Shown: piece by piece, positions 18,327 to 27,167 of the stretch
How positions within the stretch are numbered: position 1 is the stretch's first letter
How the letters are laid out: each line of letters opens with the position of its first letter
From: Candidatus Alectryocaccomicrobium excrementavium
GTDB taxonomy: Bacteria > Bacillota > Clostridia > Christensenellales > Aristaeellaceae
Length of the DNA: 55,559 nucleotides
Assembly (NCBI GenBank): GCA_018716755.1
Contig: DVJN01000222.1
Location: 1-55,559 of the forward strand
Direction: 5' to 3'
Translations under genes and position numbers: made by a program
Notes under the pieces: generated by a model
Seen by the model: only the letters and a program-made list of their open reading frames with translations
Told to the model about the DNA's origin: nothing
The model's database searches: none

Positions 18327-19703
18327 ATGGCTATCAAGTATCTGGCGGAACTGGATCCCGGCTTCGCACCGTTGAGCGTAGAACTGCGCGAATTTGCCGC
18401 GCAGGTGGAAAAAGCGGGGGGCGAAACCCTGCTGATCGCGATTGAGCGCGATCAGGGCTTTGTGTCGCGCTATGATATGCGCGTGCTGCCCGACGGCGTG
18501 GACGACGAAAAGAATTTCCACCTTGCCGAGCGCGTGGTGAAATCCCTGCTGTGGATGCGCGGCGGGTACAGGATTACGCTGTGCGGCCCCAGAGCCCTGT
18601 GCGAAAAGCTGAAGGCCGCCTATGCCCGCAACGGCTTGCGCGAGTTCGACCGTTCCTTCATGAGCGGCATTTACGAAAGCCCCTTTGAGGTCATCCTTGT
18701 GGATTGCCCCCGCAAAATGCCCGAGGCGCGCGAGGGCGCCAGCGCGATCGGCCGCCACCTGGACGGCTGCCGCATCGGCTTCGACGCAGGCGGCAGCGAC
18801 CGGAAGGTCAGCGCCGTGATCAATGGTGAAACCGTCTATTCCGAAGAGGTGCTGTGGTTCCCGAAGGAGAACAGCGACCCGCAATATCAATACGATGGCA
18901 TCCTCGAGGCCATGAAAACCGCCGCCAGCCATATGCCGCGCGTGGACGCGATCGGCGTCAGCTCTGCGGGCGTGTACATCAACAACAAAATCCGCGCGGC
19001 TTCGCTGTTCATCAAGGTATCCGCCGAGGATTTTGAAAAGCGCGTGAAGAACATGTACATCGACGTGGCGCGGGAAATCGGCCCGGATATCCCGCTGGAA
19101 GTGGCCAACGATGGCGATGTCACTGCGCTGGCTGGCGCCATGGATTTGAACGCCAACGCTGTTATGGGCATCGCAATGGGCACCAGTGAAGCGGGCGGAT
19201 ATGTGGACAAGAACGGCAACATCACCGGCTGGCTGAACGAGCTGGCCTTTGTGCCCGTGGACGCCAACCCCGGCGCCATGGTCGACGAGTGGTCGGGCGA
19301 TTACGGTTGCGGCGTGAAATACTTCTCGCAGGATGCGGTGATTAAGCTCGCGCCCGCCGCCGGCATCGAGCTGGACAGCACCCAGCCGCTGGCGCACCGC
19401 CTGAAGGCCGTGCAGAAGCTGATGGCGGATGGGGATCCGCGTGCCCGCAAAATCTATGAGACCATCGGCGTGTACTTTGGCTATGCCATCGCCTACTATG
19501 CCATGTTCTATGAAATCCAGCACGTGCTCATCATGGGCCGCGTAACTTCCGGCGAAGGCGGCGCGATTCTGCTGGAGCGCGCCAGGGAAGTGCTCGCTGG
19601 CGAGTTCCCCGAGTTGCAGATCGAGCTGCACATTCCGGATGAGAGCAGCCGCCGCGTGGGCCAGTCCATTGCGGCTGCCAGCCTGCCGGAAATCCGCAAG
19701 TAA
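18327..19703 (+). CDS. ROK/ASKHA-superfamily sugar kinase with an N-terminal extension of about 140 aa (atypical, no obvious ROK zinc motif)
   Basis: The start is MAIKYLAELD, after AAGGAGG. The phosphate-1 motif is IGFDAGGSDRKVSAV, followed by GVSSAGVYINN and ANDGDVTALAG. The region where ROK proteins carry GExGH plus CxCGxxGC reads NELAFVPVD...DYGCGVKYFS. Confidence 0.65.
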   Translation: MAIKYLAELDPGFAPLSVELREFAAQVEKAGGETLLIAIERDQGFVSRYDMRVLPDGVDDEKNFHLAERVVKSLLWMRGGYRITLCGPRALCEKLKAAYARNGLREFDRSFMSGIYESPFEVILVDCPRKMPEAREGASAIGRHLDGCRIGFDAGGSDRKVSAVINGETVYSEEVLWFPKENSDPQYQYDGILEAMKTAASHMPRVDAIGVSSAGVYINNKIRAASLFIKVSAEDFEKRVKNMYIDVAREIGPDIPLEVANDGDVTALAGAMDLNANAVMGIAMGTSEAGGYVDKNGNITGWLNELAFVPVDANPGAMVDEWSGDYGCGVKYFSQDAVIKLAPAAGIELDSTQPLAHRLKAVQKLMADGDPRARKIYETIGVYFGYAIAYYAMFYEIQHVLIMGRVTSGEGGAILLERAREVLAGEFPELQIELHIPDESSRRVGQSIAAASLPEIRK

Positions 19704-19719
19704 TCCCTTTTCTGTTGTG

Positions 19720-19752
19720 GCCGGGCGTACTTTTCGCGCCCGGCTTTGTTGT
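19720..19752 (+). terminator. Intrinsic terminator after the kinase gene
   Basis: Stem GCCGGGCG (19720-19727) / CGCCCGGC (19737-19744), followed by TTTGTTGTG. Confidence 0.6.
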
Positions 19753-19799
19753 GCCGCTGTGCCATGGGAGATCTTGGCTGAAAGTTTATGCGCCTATGC

Positions 19800-19828
19800 T
19801 TGACAAGCTTCCGTCAAAATGATACCAT
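19800..19828 (+). promoter_or_regulatory. Putative promoter of the MATE gene (TTGACA-N17-TACCAT)
   Basis: TTGACA at 19800-19805, an exact 17-nt spacer, and TACCAT at 19823-19828. It lies about 130 nt upstream of the ATG at 19960. Confidence 0.45.
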
Positions 19829-19959
19829 ATTTTTATGCAGCAGCAGAATCTGGCGTTTTCGCGGCCCGCAGGGCGAAATGTCGCGTGTGGGCGCACTTTT
19901 TTTGCGCATATCTCTGCCGCCCGCGCCAAAGAAAAAACAGGGAATAAGAGGGGATTACC

Positions 19960-21372
19960 ATGGAAAACACCGCCGAAAACAAAATGGGCGTCATGCCCAT
20001 CGGCAAGCTCGTGCTGAACATGTCAGTGCCAATGATGATATCCATGCTCGTACAGGCGCTATACAACGTTGTCGACAGCATTTTCGTCAGCATGGTCAAC
20101 GAAGAGGCGCTTTCGGCGGTATCGTTCAGCTTTCCGGCACAAAACCTGATGATCGGCCTGGCGACAGGCACTGCGGTCGGCGTCAACGCGTTGCTGTCGC
20201 GCGCGCTGGGCGCAGGCGATCGTGAACGCGCCAACCGCGTTGCCGAGCACGGCGTATTCCTCTCTTTCATCGGCTTTTTGGTATTTCTGCTCTTTGGCCT
20301 GTTTGGCAGCCGCGCCTTCATGCTCTCGCAAACGCAAAATCAGATGATCGTCGAATATGGCGTGGATTACCTCACGGTCGTTTGCTGCTTCTCCTTTGGC
20401 ATGTATGGGCAGATGATCTTCGAGCGCCTGATGCAGGCCACGGGCCGCACGTTCTATACGATGATTACCCAGGGAACGGGCGCGATCATCAACATCATTC
20501 TCGACCCCATCTTCATCCTGCCCCAGGGCTATGACTTGGGCCTGTTCCGCATGCCGGTCGGCTTTAATATGGGCACCCAGGGCGCGGCCATCGCAACCGT
20601 CATCGGCCAAATTGTGGCCTTTATCCTGGCTGCGATCATCAACGAGAAAAAGAACGCGGATATCCGGTTGAAGTTGCGGGAATTCCGGCCCAACCTGCAC
20701 CTGATCGGCCGCATATACGCCATCGGTTTCCCCTCCGTCATCATGATGGCCATCGGCTCCGTGATGACGTGGCTGATGAATATCATTCTCATCACTTATA
20801 CTACGGGCAAGGAAACCGCCGCGACAGTGTTCGGCGTGTACTTCAAGCTGAACAGCTTCGTATTCATGCCGGTTTTTGGCCTGAACAACGGCGTGATCCC
20901 CATCCTCGCCTACAACTATGGCGCACAAAAGCGCAGCCGCATGACGCAGGCAATCCGCGTGTCGCTGTGCTACGCAAGCGCTTTCATGCTCATCGGCACC
21001 ATTCTGTTCCTGGCCGTTCCAGATGTGCTACTCGGCTTCTTTAACGCCACGGAAACCATGCTGTCCATTGGCGAACCGGCGCTGCGCATCATCGCTTCCA
21101 CCTTCATCGTTGCCGGTGTGTGCATCGTGCTGGGCTCCGTGTTCCAGGCGCTGGGCTTCAGCATCTATTCGATGATCGTATCCCTGGCGCGTCAATTGCT
21201 CGTGCTGGTGCCGGTCGCCTGGGTGCTCGCTGCCATCGGCCAGCGCATAGGGAACGATACGCTCGTGTGGATTTCCTTCCCCGTCGCGGAAGTCATGTCC
21301 GCGGTGGTCACGGCCGTGCTCTTTATTCGCCTGAACAAAAAGGTCATCAGCCAGATTCCCGATCGCGCATAA
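19960..21372 (+). CDS. MATE-family multidrug/efflux transporter
   Basis: 470 aa. The N-terminus is the typical MPIGKLVLNMSVPMMISMLVQALYNVVDSIFVS, and about 12 TM segments follow. The RBS is AGAGGGG. Confidence 0.9.
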   Translation: MENTAENKMGVMPIGKLVLNMSVPMMISMLVQALYNVVDSIFVSMVNEEALSAVSFSFPAQNLMIGLATGTAVGVNALLSRALGAGDRERANRVAEHGVFLSFIGFLVFLLFGLFGSRAFMLSQTQNQMIVEYGVDYLTVVCCFSFGMYGQMIFERLMQATGRTFYTMITQGTGAIINIILDPIFILPQGYDLGLFRMPVGFNMGTQGAAIATVIGQIVAFILAAIINEKKNADIRLKLREFRPNLHLIGRIYAIGFPSVIMMAIGSVMTWLMNIILITYTTGKETAATVFGVYFKLNSFVFMPVFGLNNGVIPILAYNYGAQKRSRMTQAIRVSLCYASAFMLIGTILFLAVPDVLLGFFNATETMLSIGEPALRIIASTFIVAGVCIVLGSVFQALGFSIYSMIVSLARQLLVLVPVAWVLAAIGQRIGNDTLVWISFPVAEVMSAVVTAVLFIRLNKKVISQIPDRA

Positions 21373-21392
21373 CTGCGCCCGATGATACGAGG

Positions 21393-21431
21393 GGGGCTGT
21401 GAAAAAACTTTTGCTGTTTTTTCACAGCCCC
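21393..21431. terminator. Bidirectional intrinsic terminator between convergent MATE and ugd genes
   Basis: A perfect 15-bp stem GGGGCTGTGAAAAAA (21393-21407) / TTTTTTCACAGCCCC (21417-21431). The A/T runs inside the arms give a U-tract on either strand. Confidence 0.8.
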
Positions 21432-21447
21432 TCCACCAGCTCGTTCT

Positions 21448-22680
21448 TTAATCCCTTCTGAACAGATCCCGCGTGTAGACCTTTTCCTGCACATCGTCCA
21501 GGCAGCTGTCATACCGGTTGGCGATGATCGCCTGGCTCTGCGCCTTAAATTTTGCCAAGTCATTGACCACACGGCTTCCGAAGAAAGTCGCCCCATCTTC
21601 CAGCGCTGGTTCATAGATAATCACCGTCGCTCCCTTGGCCTTGATGCGCTTCATCACGCCCTGAATGCTGCTCTGGCGGAAATTATCACTGTTCACCTTC
21701 ATCGTCAGGCGGAACACGCCGATGACGGTTTCTTTCTCTTTGGCAGAATTCCAGTCGTCGTTGGCTGCATAGGCCCCGGCCAGTTCCAGCACGCGATTGG
21801 CAATGAAATCCTTTCGCGTGCGGTTGCTCTCCACAATCGCCTCAATCAGATTTTCCGGCACATCCTGATAATTGGCCAGCAGCTGCTTGGTGTCCTTGGG
21901 CAGGCAATAGCCGCCATAGCCGAAAGAAGGGTTGTTATAATGGTTGCCGATGCGCGGATCGAGGCACACGCCTTCGATGATCTGCCGGGTATCCAAGCCC
22001 TTCATTTCGGCATAGGTATCCAGCTCGTTAAAGTACGAAACCCGCAGCGCCAGATAGGTATTGGCGAAGAGCTTGACAGCTTCCGCTTCGGTGAAGCCCA
22101 TGATCAGGGTGTCGATGTTTTCCTTCAGCGCGCCTTCCTGCAGCAGCGCCGCGAAAGTATTTGCCGCCCCGGCCAGATGGGCATTTTGCACATCCGTGCC
22201 TACGATGATGCGGCTGGGATAGAGGTTATCGTACAGCGCCTTGCTCTCCCGCAAAAATTCCGGGCTGAAGAGAATGTTGCCGCAGTGGTACTTTTCGCGC
22301 ATGGCGGCCGTAAAGCCTACGGGAACCGTGGACTTGATGACCATCACCGCGCCTGGATTGACCTGCGCCACCAGCCGGATCACCGCCTCAACGGCGCTGG
22401 TATCGAAATAGTTCTGCTTGCTGTCGTAGTTTGTGGGCGCGGCGATGACCACGAAATCCGCCTGGCGATATGCGGCTTCAGCGTTGAGCGTGGCCGCAAG
22501 GTCGAGTTCCTTCTCCGACAGATATTTTTCAATGTATTCATCCTGGATGGGTGACTGGCGGCGGTTGATCTTTTCCACCTTTTCCGGCACAATATCCACG
22601 GCCAGCACGTGGTGGTGCTGCGCCAGCAGTATGGCGATAGACAACCCCACATATCCCATTCCCGCAACAGCAATGTTCAT
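21448..22680 (-). CDS. ugd: UDP-glucose 6-dehydrogenase
   Basis: ORF 21448..22782, trimmed to [21 protein letters not shown] (Rossmann GxGxxG). The catalytic-region motif is [14 protein letters not shown]. Length after trimming is 410 aa. Confidence 0.9.
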   Translation of the reverse strand: MNIAVAGMGYVGLSIAILLAQHHHVLAVDIVPEKVEKINRRQSPIQDEYIEKYLSEKELDLAATLNAEAAYRQADFVVIAAPTNYDSKQNYFDTSAVEAVIRLVAQVNPGAVMVIKSTVPVGFTAAMREKYHCGNILFSPEFLRESKALYDNLYPSRIIVGTDVQNAHLAGAANTFAALLQEGALKENIDTLIMGFTEAEAVKLFANTYLALRVSYFNELDTYAEMKGLDTRQIIEGVCLDPRIGNHYNNPSFGYGGYCLPKDTKQLLANYQDVPENLIEAIVESNRTRKDFIANRVLELAGAYAANDDWNSAKEKETVIGVFRLTMKVNSDNFRQSSIQGVMKRIKAKGATVIIYEPALEDGATFFGSRVVNDLAKFKAQSQAIIANRYDSCLDDVQEKVYTRDLFRRD

Positions 22681-22696
22681 GCTATTTTCTCCTCTT

Positions 22697-23758
22697 TCAT
22701 TGATCGCACCCATAAAATGCCTTATACCATCCGGCGAAACGCCGCAGGCCTTCCCGCAGCGGCATGGACGGCTTAAAGCCAAAATCCCGCTCCAGAGCGC
22801 GGGTATCAGCGTAGGTCACCGGCACATCGCCAGGTTGCATGGGCACGAGTTCCCTGTGCGCCTCGAAATCGTAGTCCTCCGGCAGCACGCCCGCGCGCAC
22901 CAGTTCCTCCGAAAGGATCCGCACAAAATCCAGCAAATTCTCCGGCTGGTGGTTACCGATATTGTATAGCGCATAGGGCGGAACCGGCAAACCATCCTCC
23001 CCCACTTTTTTCTCCGGCGCGCGCTGCATCACGCGAACGATACCCTCCACGATATCATCGATATAGGTGAAATCGCGCTGGCAATTGCCAAAATTGAAAA
23101 TCTGGATGGTTTCACCCCTGCGCAGCTTGTCCGTGAAGCCAAAATACGCCATATCCGGCCGCCCCGCCGGGCCGTAGACCGTGAAGAAACGCAACCCGGT
23201 GCAGGGGATGTTGTAAAGCTTGGCATAGGCATGGGCCATGAGTTCGTTGCTCTTCTTGGTGGCGGCATAAAGGCTCACGGGGTTGTCCGCTTTGTCCTCC
23301 GTAGAATAGGGCACCTTGCTGTTGCTGCCGTAAACGGAGGAAGAAGATGCGTACACCAGATGTTCCACCGGATGGCGCCGGCAGGCTTCGAGAATGTTGT
23401 AAAAACCGATCACATTGGATTCGATGTAGGCATCCGGATGGGTGATGGAATAGCGCACACCCGCCTGCGCGGCCAGGTTGACCACGATTTGGGGCGCATA
23501 TTCGTCAAAAATTTTCTCGATCGCCGCCTTATCCGCCAAATCACCCCTGACAAACACAAAGCGCGGATGCTTTTCCAGTGCGCTCAGGCGGTATTCCTTC
23601 AGCCGCACGTCGTAATAATCGTTGACGTTGTCCAGGCCAATGATCCTGGCATCCGGCACATCCTGAAGCAAACGCCGGGCCAGGTTCGCGCCAATAAAGC
23701 CCGCCGCACCAGTAACCAAAATGCTCCGGTCCCTCAACTCTACATTTTTTTGCAACAT
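22697..23758 (-). CDS. NAD-dependent epimerase, UDP-glucuronate 4-epimerase-like (SDR family)
   Basis: ORF 22697..23920, trimmed to [26 protein letters not shown]. It carries YASSSSVYG and the catalytic YAATKKSNE (YxxxK). It sits 16 nt upstream of ugd on the same strand. Confidence 0.85.
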   Translation of the reverse strand: MLQKNVELRDRSILVTGAAGFIGANLARRLLQDVPDARIIGLDNVNDYYDVRLKEYRLSALEKHPRFVFVRGDLADKAAIEKIFDEYAPQIVVNLAAQAGVRYSITHPDAYIESNVIGFYNILEACRRHPVEHLVYASSSSVYGSNSKVPYSTEDKADNPVSLYAATKKSNELMAHAYAKLYNIPCTGLRFFTVYGPAGRPDMAYFGFTDKLRRGETIQIFNFGNCQRDFTYIDDIVEGIVRVMQRAPEKKVGEDGLPVPPYALYNIGNHQPENLLDFVRILSEELVRAGVLPEDYDFEAHRELVPMQPGDVPVTYADTRALERDFGFKPSMPLREGLRRFAGWYKAFYGCDQ

Positions 23759-23834
23759 AATACCTTTCCCTTTCGGCCTGCTGCATCGGGAACGCACAAC
23801 CGGCGGCTTCCCGATCCGCCACCATTCTGAAAAC

Positions 23835-23863
23835 AGCATATCACCAGCGGAAGCATCTGTCAA
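23835..23863 (-). promoter_or_regulatory. Putative promoter of the epimerase-ugd pair (TTGACA-N17-TATGCT)
   Basis: On the reverse strand, TTGACA lies at 23863..23858, followed by an exact 17-nt spacer and TATGCT at 23840..23835. Confidence 0.45.
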
Positions 23864-23872
23864 GAGCGCACG

Positions 23873-23906
23873 AAAAAAACCGCGCCCGGAATCCCGGAAA
23901 ACGCGG
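23873..23906 (-). terminator. Terminator-like hairpin plus U7 tract immediately after the NusG-paralog gene
   Basis: The reverse strand reads CCGCG-TTTT-CCGG-GATT-CCGG-G-CGCGG followed by TTTTTTT (plus-strand A-run at 23873-23879). The stem is interrupted, about 9 bp in total. Confidence 0.45.
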
Positions 23907-23936
23907 CAAAAAACAGGCATTCGGCAAAGCCGGCGC

Positions 23937-24491
23937 TCACTGCGCCCGCAGAAGGGCGCATTCCCCGTCTCTATCTTTATCTTCGCCTTCTATCCATTCA
24001 TACGCCAGCCAGATTTCCCTAAACAGGCTCATCGGTTCAAACGTTATGCATACCGCCTTTCTTCGGCGGTCTATCCTCGTGATTCTCCCGCCCAGTTTCC
24101 GAAACGCGTCGTCCGCAATTTCAACCCGGTCGCCAATTTTAAGCACTTTCAACGCGCCCACGCAGCCATTCCATTCCCATAGCCAATCGGCGAATTCCCT
24201 ATCGCGCCCGATCAGCACATCCTGCCGGGTATCCGCGTAGGTCAATGTGCGAAGGATATATCTTACCCCGCTAAATCCGTAATACGCCGCCTTTTCTTCA
24301 TTGGAATACACAAACACGTAACCCGGCAACAGGGGAAACGGCACCAGCGACCACGCCCCGCCGGACAACACCGCTTTCAGCCGTTGTGGAAACAGCGCCC
24401 AGCCGTGGCCACTGGCCCAAATGGCATCCGCTACGGCCTGTTCTTTTCCTTCCGTACAAAACAGGCAATGAACATATTGATACGCGGCCAT
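23937..24491 (-). CDS. NusG-family paralog (specialised antiterminator of the LoaP/UpxY type)
   Basis: ORF 23937..24578, trimmed to MAAYQYVHCLFCTEGKEQAVADAI, after GGAAAGG. The NGN-like core includes PLLPGYVFVY. A KOW-like segment reads IGDRVEIADDAFRKLGGRITRIDRRRKAVCITFE. It lies directly upstream of nucleotide-sugar genes. Confidence 0.65.
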   Translation of the reverse strand: MAAYQYVHCLFCTEGKEQAVADAIWASGHGWALFPQRLKAVLSGGAWSLVPFPLLPGYVFVYSNEEKAAYYGFSGVRYILRTLTYADTRQDVLIGRDREFADWLWEWNGCVGALKVLKIGDRVEIADDAFRKLGGRITRIDRRRKAVCITFEPMSLFREIWLAYEWIEGEDKDRDGECALLRAQ

Positions 24492-24636
24492 CTTTCCGCC
24501 TTTCCAATTCCATCCTGCTCCACTTGCCGCTCTCATGCAGCAAAGAACCCGCCGGGCAACCACCCATTTTCCTCCCACGGCGCAAGGCAGATGAAAAACG
24601 AATCTACAAGGAAGTATTAACTCTTACTTTTTAAGT

Positions 24637-24665
24637 ATTATTACATAAACAGATAGCACTGTCAA
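24637..24665 (-). promoter_or_regulatory. Putative promoter of the NusG paralog (TTGACA-N17-AATAAT with TG extension) in an AT-rich island
   Basis: On the reverse strand, TTGACA lies at 24665..24660, followed by a 17-nt spacer ending in TGT and AATAAT at 24642..24637. This predicts a leader of about 140 nt. Confidence 0.45.
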
Positions 24666-24753
24666 GCACTCTTTTGATAAATTCACGGATTCTCTTGGCA
24701 TAAAGCGCAAAAAACATTATCTCCAGCCCGTTCTTCTGCAAAAAGCGCACATT

Positions 24754-25557
24754 TCAATTCATTTGCCGGTAACGGCCAGGCGGCACGCCCATAACCTTGT
24801 GGAAGTAGCGGATAAAATAGTTCACATCGGCAAAGCCTGTGTTGCGCGCGATCTCTTCCAGAGGGAACCCGGCCAGCAGGAAATCCCGCGCCTTTTCAAT
24901 GCGCAAATGCAACAGATACTGCATGGGCGGCTGCCCATAAACCGCCACAAAGGCGCGCCGGAAACTGCTCACACTCATGCCACAACACTGCGCCAGCTCT
25001 TCAAGGGAAACAGGCTCGCTGTATCGTTCTTCCATTCGCCTTTTGGCAGGCAGAGTGCGGCTATAAGCGGCGACATCCATGGTGAGGGAAAGGCATTCGG
25101 CAAGATAATCCGCCAGCAGGGCAATCAATTTGGCCTTCGCCTGCATGCGGTAGCCCGTGCGCATGCGCCTCCAGGTTTCGGCCAATTCCTCAAAGCGGGC
25201 CAGATAGCGGGCAAAGTCGCGAGGGCGCAGCACGTGCATTTCCGCTTTGGAAAGCCAATCGGGCAGGGAGGCCGCATCCCCCAGAAAATTGACCGTGTAA
25301 TGCAAAAAAGGGATCTCCCCCACTTTCCGCACGCTATAAGCGGAAGATGCGGGCAACAGCGCGATTTCCCCCGCAGAAAGCGTGCGCACATGCCCGCCGG
25401 AGAAAGCATATTGCGCCTGGCCGCTGCGCACGCACACCAGGCCGTGCACATCGCGGCCCCGCGCATAGGCCGCCATGGCGTCATCCGTATAAAACGCAAA
25501 TTCGTGCGCGAGCACCACGCGCGAAACATCCACATCGAAATCGGCGGAACGTTGCAC
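24754..25557 (-). CDS. AraC-family transcriptional regulator (cupin sensor domain plus HTH)
   Basis: The C-terminal HTH reads LEELAQCCGMSVSSFRRAFVAVYGQPPMQYLLHLRIEKARDFL...GFADVNYFIRYFHKVMGVPPGRYR. I prefer the GTG at 25557 because AAAGGGGGA lies 6 nt upstream. The ATG at 25599 (the track start) has no SD. Confidence 0.8.
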   Translation of the reverse strand: MQRSADFDVDVSRVVLAHEFAFYTDDAMAAYARGRDVHGLVCVRSGQAQYAFSGGHVRTLSAGEIALLPASSAYSVRKVGEIPFLHYTVNFLGDAASLPDWLSKAEMHVLRPRDFARYLARFEELAETWRRMRTGYRMQAKAKLIALLADYLAECLSLTMDVAAYSRTLPAKRRMEERYSEPVSLEELAQCCGMSVSSFRRAFVAVYGQPPMQYLLHLRIEKARDFLLAGFPLEEIARNTGFADVNYFIRYFHKVMGVPPGRYRQMN

Positions 25558-25700
25558 AGCTTTTCCCCCTTTCGCGTGCCAGCGCAAAATTCTGAGCATA
25601 TTATGCTATTTTCGGGCGCTTTGTGCCTTGCGGGCCGGGTTAATTTCTGGTATAGTTTTATCATAAAAGCGCGTATGCGCAAAACAAAGGGGGAAACGCG

Positions 25701-27134
25701 ATGCGCCGCAAGCCAGTGATTGCCATCGTGCCGCTGGGGCACTACATCTATTTTGAACAGTTTGAAGGCCTGCGCGAGGAGCTCATGCGCAAAGCCGGGG
25801 AATTCTTGCCCTATCTGGAGGACTCGGCAGAGATATTTGTGACAGAATATGTGGACACGGTGGAGCGCGCCTTTCAGGTGGTCCGCTCGCTCAGGCAGCA
25901 GGATGTGGATGGCGTTTTTATGCTGCTCACGACCTATCTTCCTTCATCTCTGGCCGCGCCGTTTGCCAACTATCTGGGCGATGTGCCCCAAGTGCTGGTG
26001 GGGATCCAGCCGCTTGCGCACCTGGATTATGCAAACTGCACGACTTACATGCAGCTGGTAAACGACGACATCTGCGCCATGCCCGAAATTGCAGGCGTAT
26101 ATGGGCGGCTGGGGCGCGCGATTCCGCCCTGCATAGTGGCCGCTTCCCAGCAAGAGGAAGACATTCGCGCCAAAGTGCGCGCCTGGCAGCGCGCCATGGT
26201 GGCCAAAGCCGCCTTCAAATATGCGCAATTTGGCTATCTGGGGCACACGTATGAGGGCATGTACGACATGCACACCGATCCCACCGCGTTTTCCGGCGCC
26301 TTCCGCGCGCACGTCAAAATGCTGGAAATGTGCGAGCTGGACAAGCTGGCCCAGGCCGTTTCCGCGGAGGATATCGCACAAAAGATCGCCGTCATCCGCG
26401 AAACGTTCTCCATCCAGGATCCCTCCATAGACCCGCTCACGGATTACGTGCGAGACGAGGATCTGGAGTGGTCGGCCCGCATGGCCTGCGCGCTGGACGC
26501 CATGGTGGAAAAGAACGATCTCACCGCGCTGGCGTATTACTACAAGGGCGAGGGCGGCAACCTGTACGAGCGCATGGGCGCAGCGCTGATCCTGGGCAAT
26601 ACGCTGCTTACTTCCTCGGGCATCCCGCTGGCGGGCGAAGCCGACCTCAAAACGGCGGCCACCATGCTCATCATGAACCGGTTGGGCGGCGGCGGTTCGT
26701 TTGCAGAGCTGCACCCCTTTGACATTGAGGGCAACTGCGTGCTGATCGGGCACGATGGGCCGCACAACATCGCCATCAGCCAGGGCAAGCCCATTTTGCG
26801 CAAGCTGAAGAAATATCACGGGAAATCCGGCAGCGGAATCGGCGTGGAATTCTCCCTCCGCGCGGGCGATATCAGCATGCTGAGCATGAATTGTCAGGCA
26901 AACGGCCGCTTCAAGCTGGTAGCGGCGGCGGGCGTATCTCTGCCGGGCGCCATTCCGCAAACGGGCAACACCAACACGCGCGTAGCCATTCCGGGCATGA
27001 ACGTGTGCGAGTTCATCCGCCGGTGGTGCGAAGCGGGGCCCACCCATCACCTGGCGCTGGGCACGGGCAACCGCCTGCTGGAAATCCGTTGTTTTGCACG
27101 CCTGATGGGGCTGGATCTGGAAGTCATCGAATAG
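25701..27134 (+). CDS. L-arabinose/L-fucose isomerase family protein (substrate unknown)
   Basis: 477 aa with RBS AAGGGGGA. The overall resemblance to the arabinose-isomerase fold family rests on an N-terminal VIAIVPLG...YF region, a central FGYLGHTYEGMYDMHTD, and GEADLKTAATMLIMNRL. The assignment is at family level only. Confidence 0.6.
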   Translation: MRRKPVIAIVPLGHYIYFEQFEGLREELMRKAGEFLPYLEDSAEIFVTEYVDTVERAFQVVRSLRQQDVDGVFMLLTTYLPSSLAAPFANYLGDVPQVLVGIQPLAHLDYANCTTYMQLVNDDICAMPEIAGVYGRLGRAIPPCIVAASQQEEDIRAKVRAWQRAMVAKAAFKYAQFGYLGHTYEGMYDMHTDPTAFSGAFRAHVKMLEMCELDKLAQAVSAEDIAQKIAVIRETFSIQDPSIDPLTDYVRDEDLEWSARMACALDAMVEKNDLTALAYYYKGEGGNLYERMGAALILGNTLLTSSGIPLAGEADLKTAATMLIMNRLGGGGSFAELHPFDIEGNCVLIGHDGPHNIAISQGKPILRKLKKYHGKSGSGIGVEFSLRAGDISMLSMNCQANGRFKLVAAAGVSLPGAIPQTGNTNTRVAIPGMNVCEFIRRWCEAGPTHHLALGTGNRLLEIRCFARLMGLDLEVIE

Positions 27135-27167
27135 CGCCCGGGGCAAAATGGAAGGAGGGAAAAACCT

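Noticed and set aside
22681-22782. The ORF track gives N-terminal extensions for ugd and for several other genes (370..1998, 1944..3290, 22697..23920, 23937..24578, 39380..42625, 54069..55370, 16266..17099, 35232..36449, 37271..37933 and 48810..49565).
   Set aside because: In each case an internal ATG or GTG is preceded by a good AGGAGG-like SD. That start coincides with the beginning of the conserved domain (for example a Rossmann GxGxxG at residues 5-12) or with an ATGA overlap to the upstream gene. The extensions are Arg/Cys/Gly-rich and overlap neighbouring genes or promoters.
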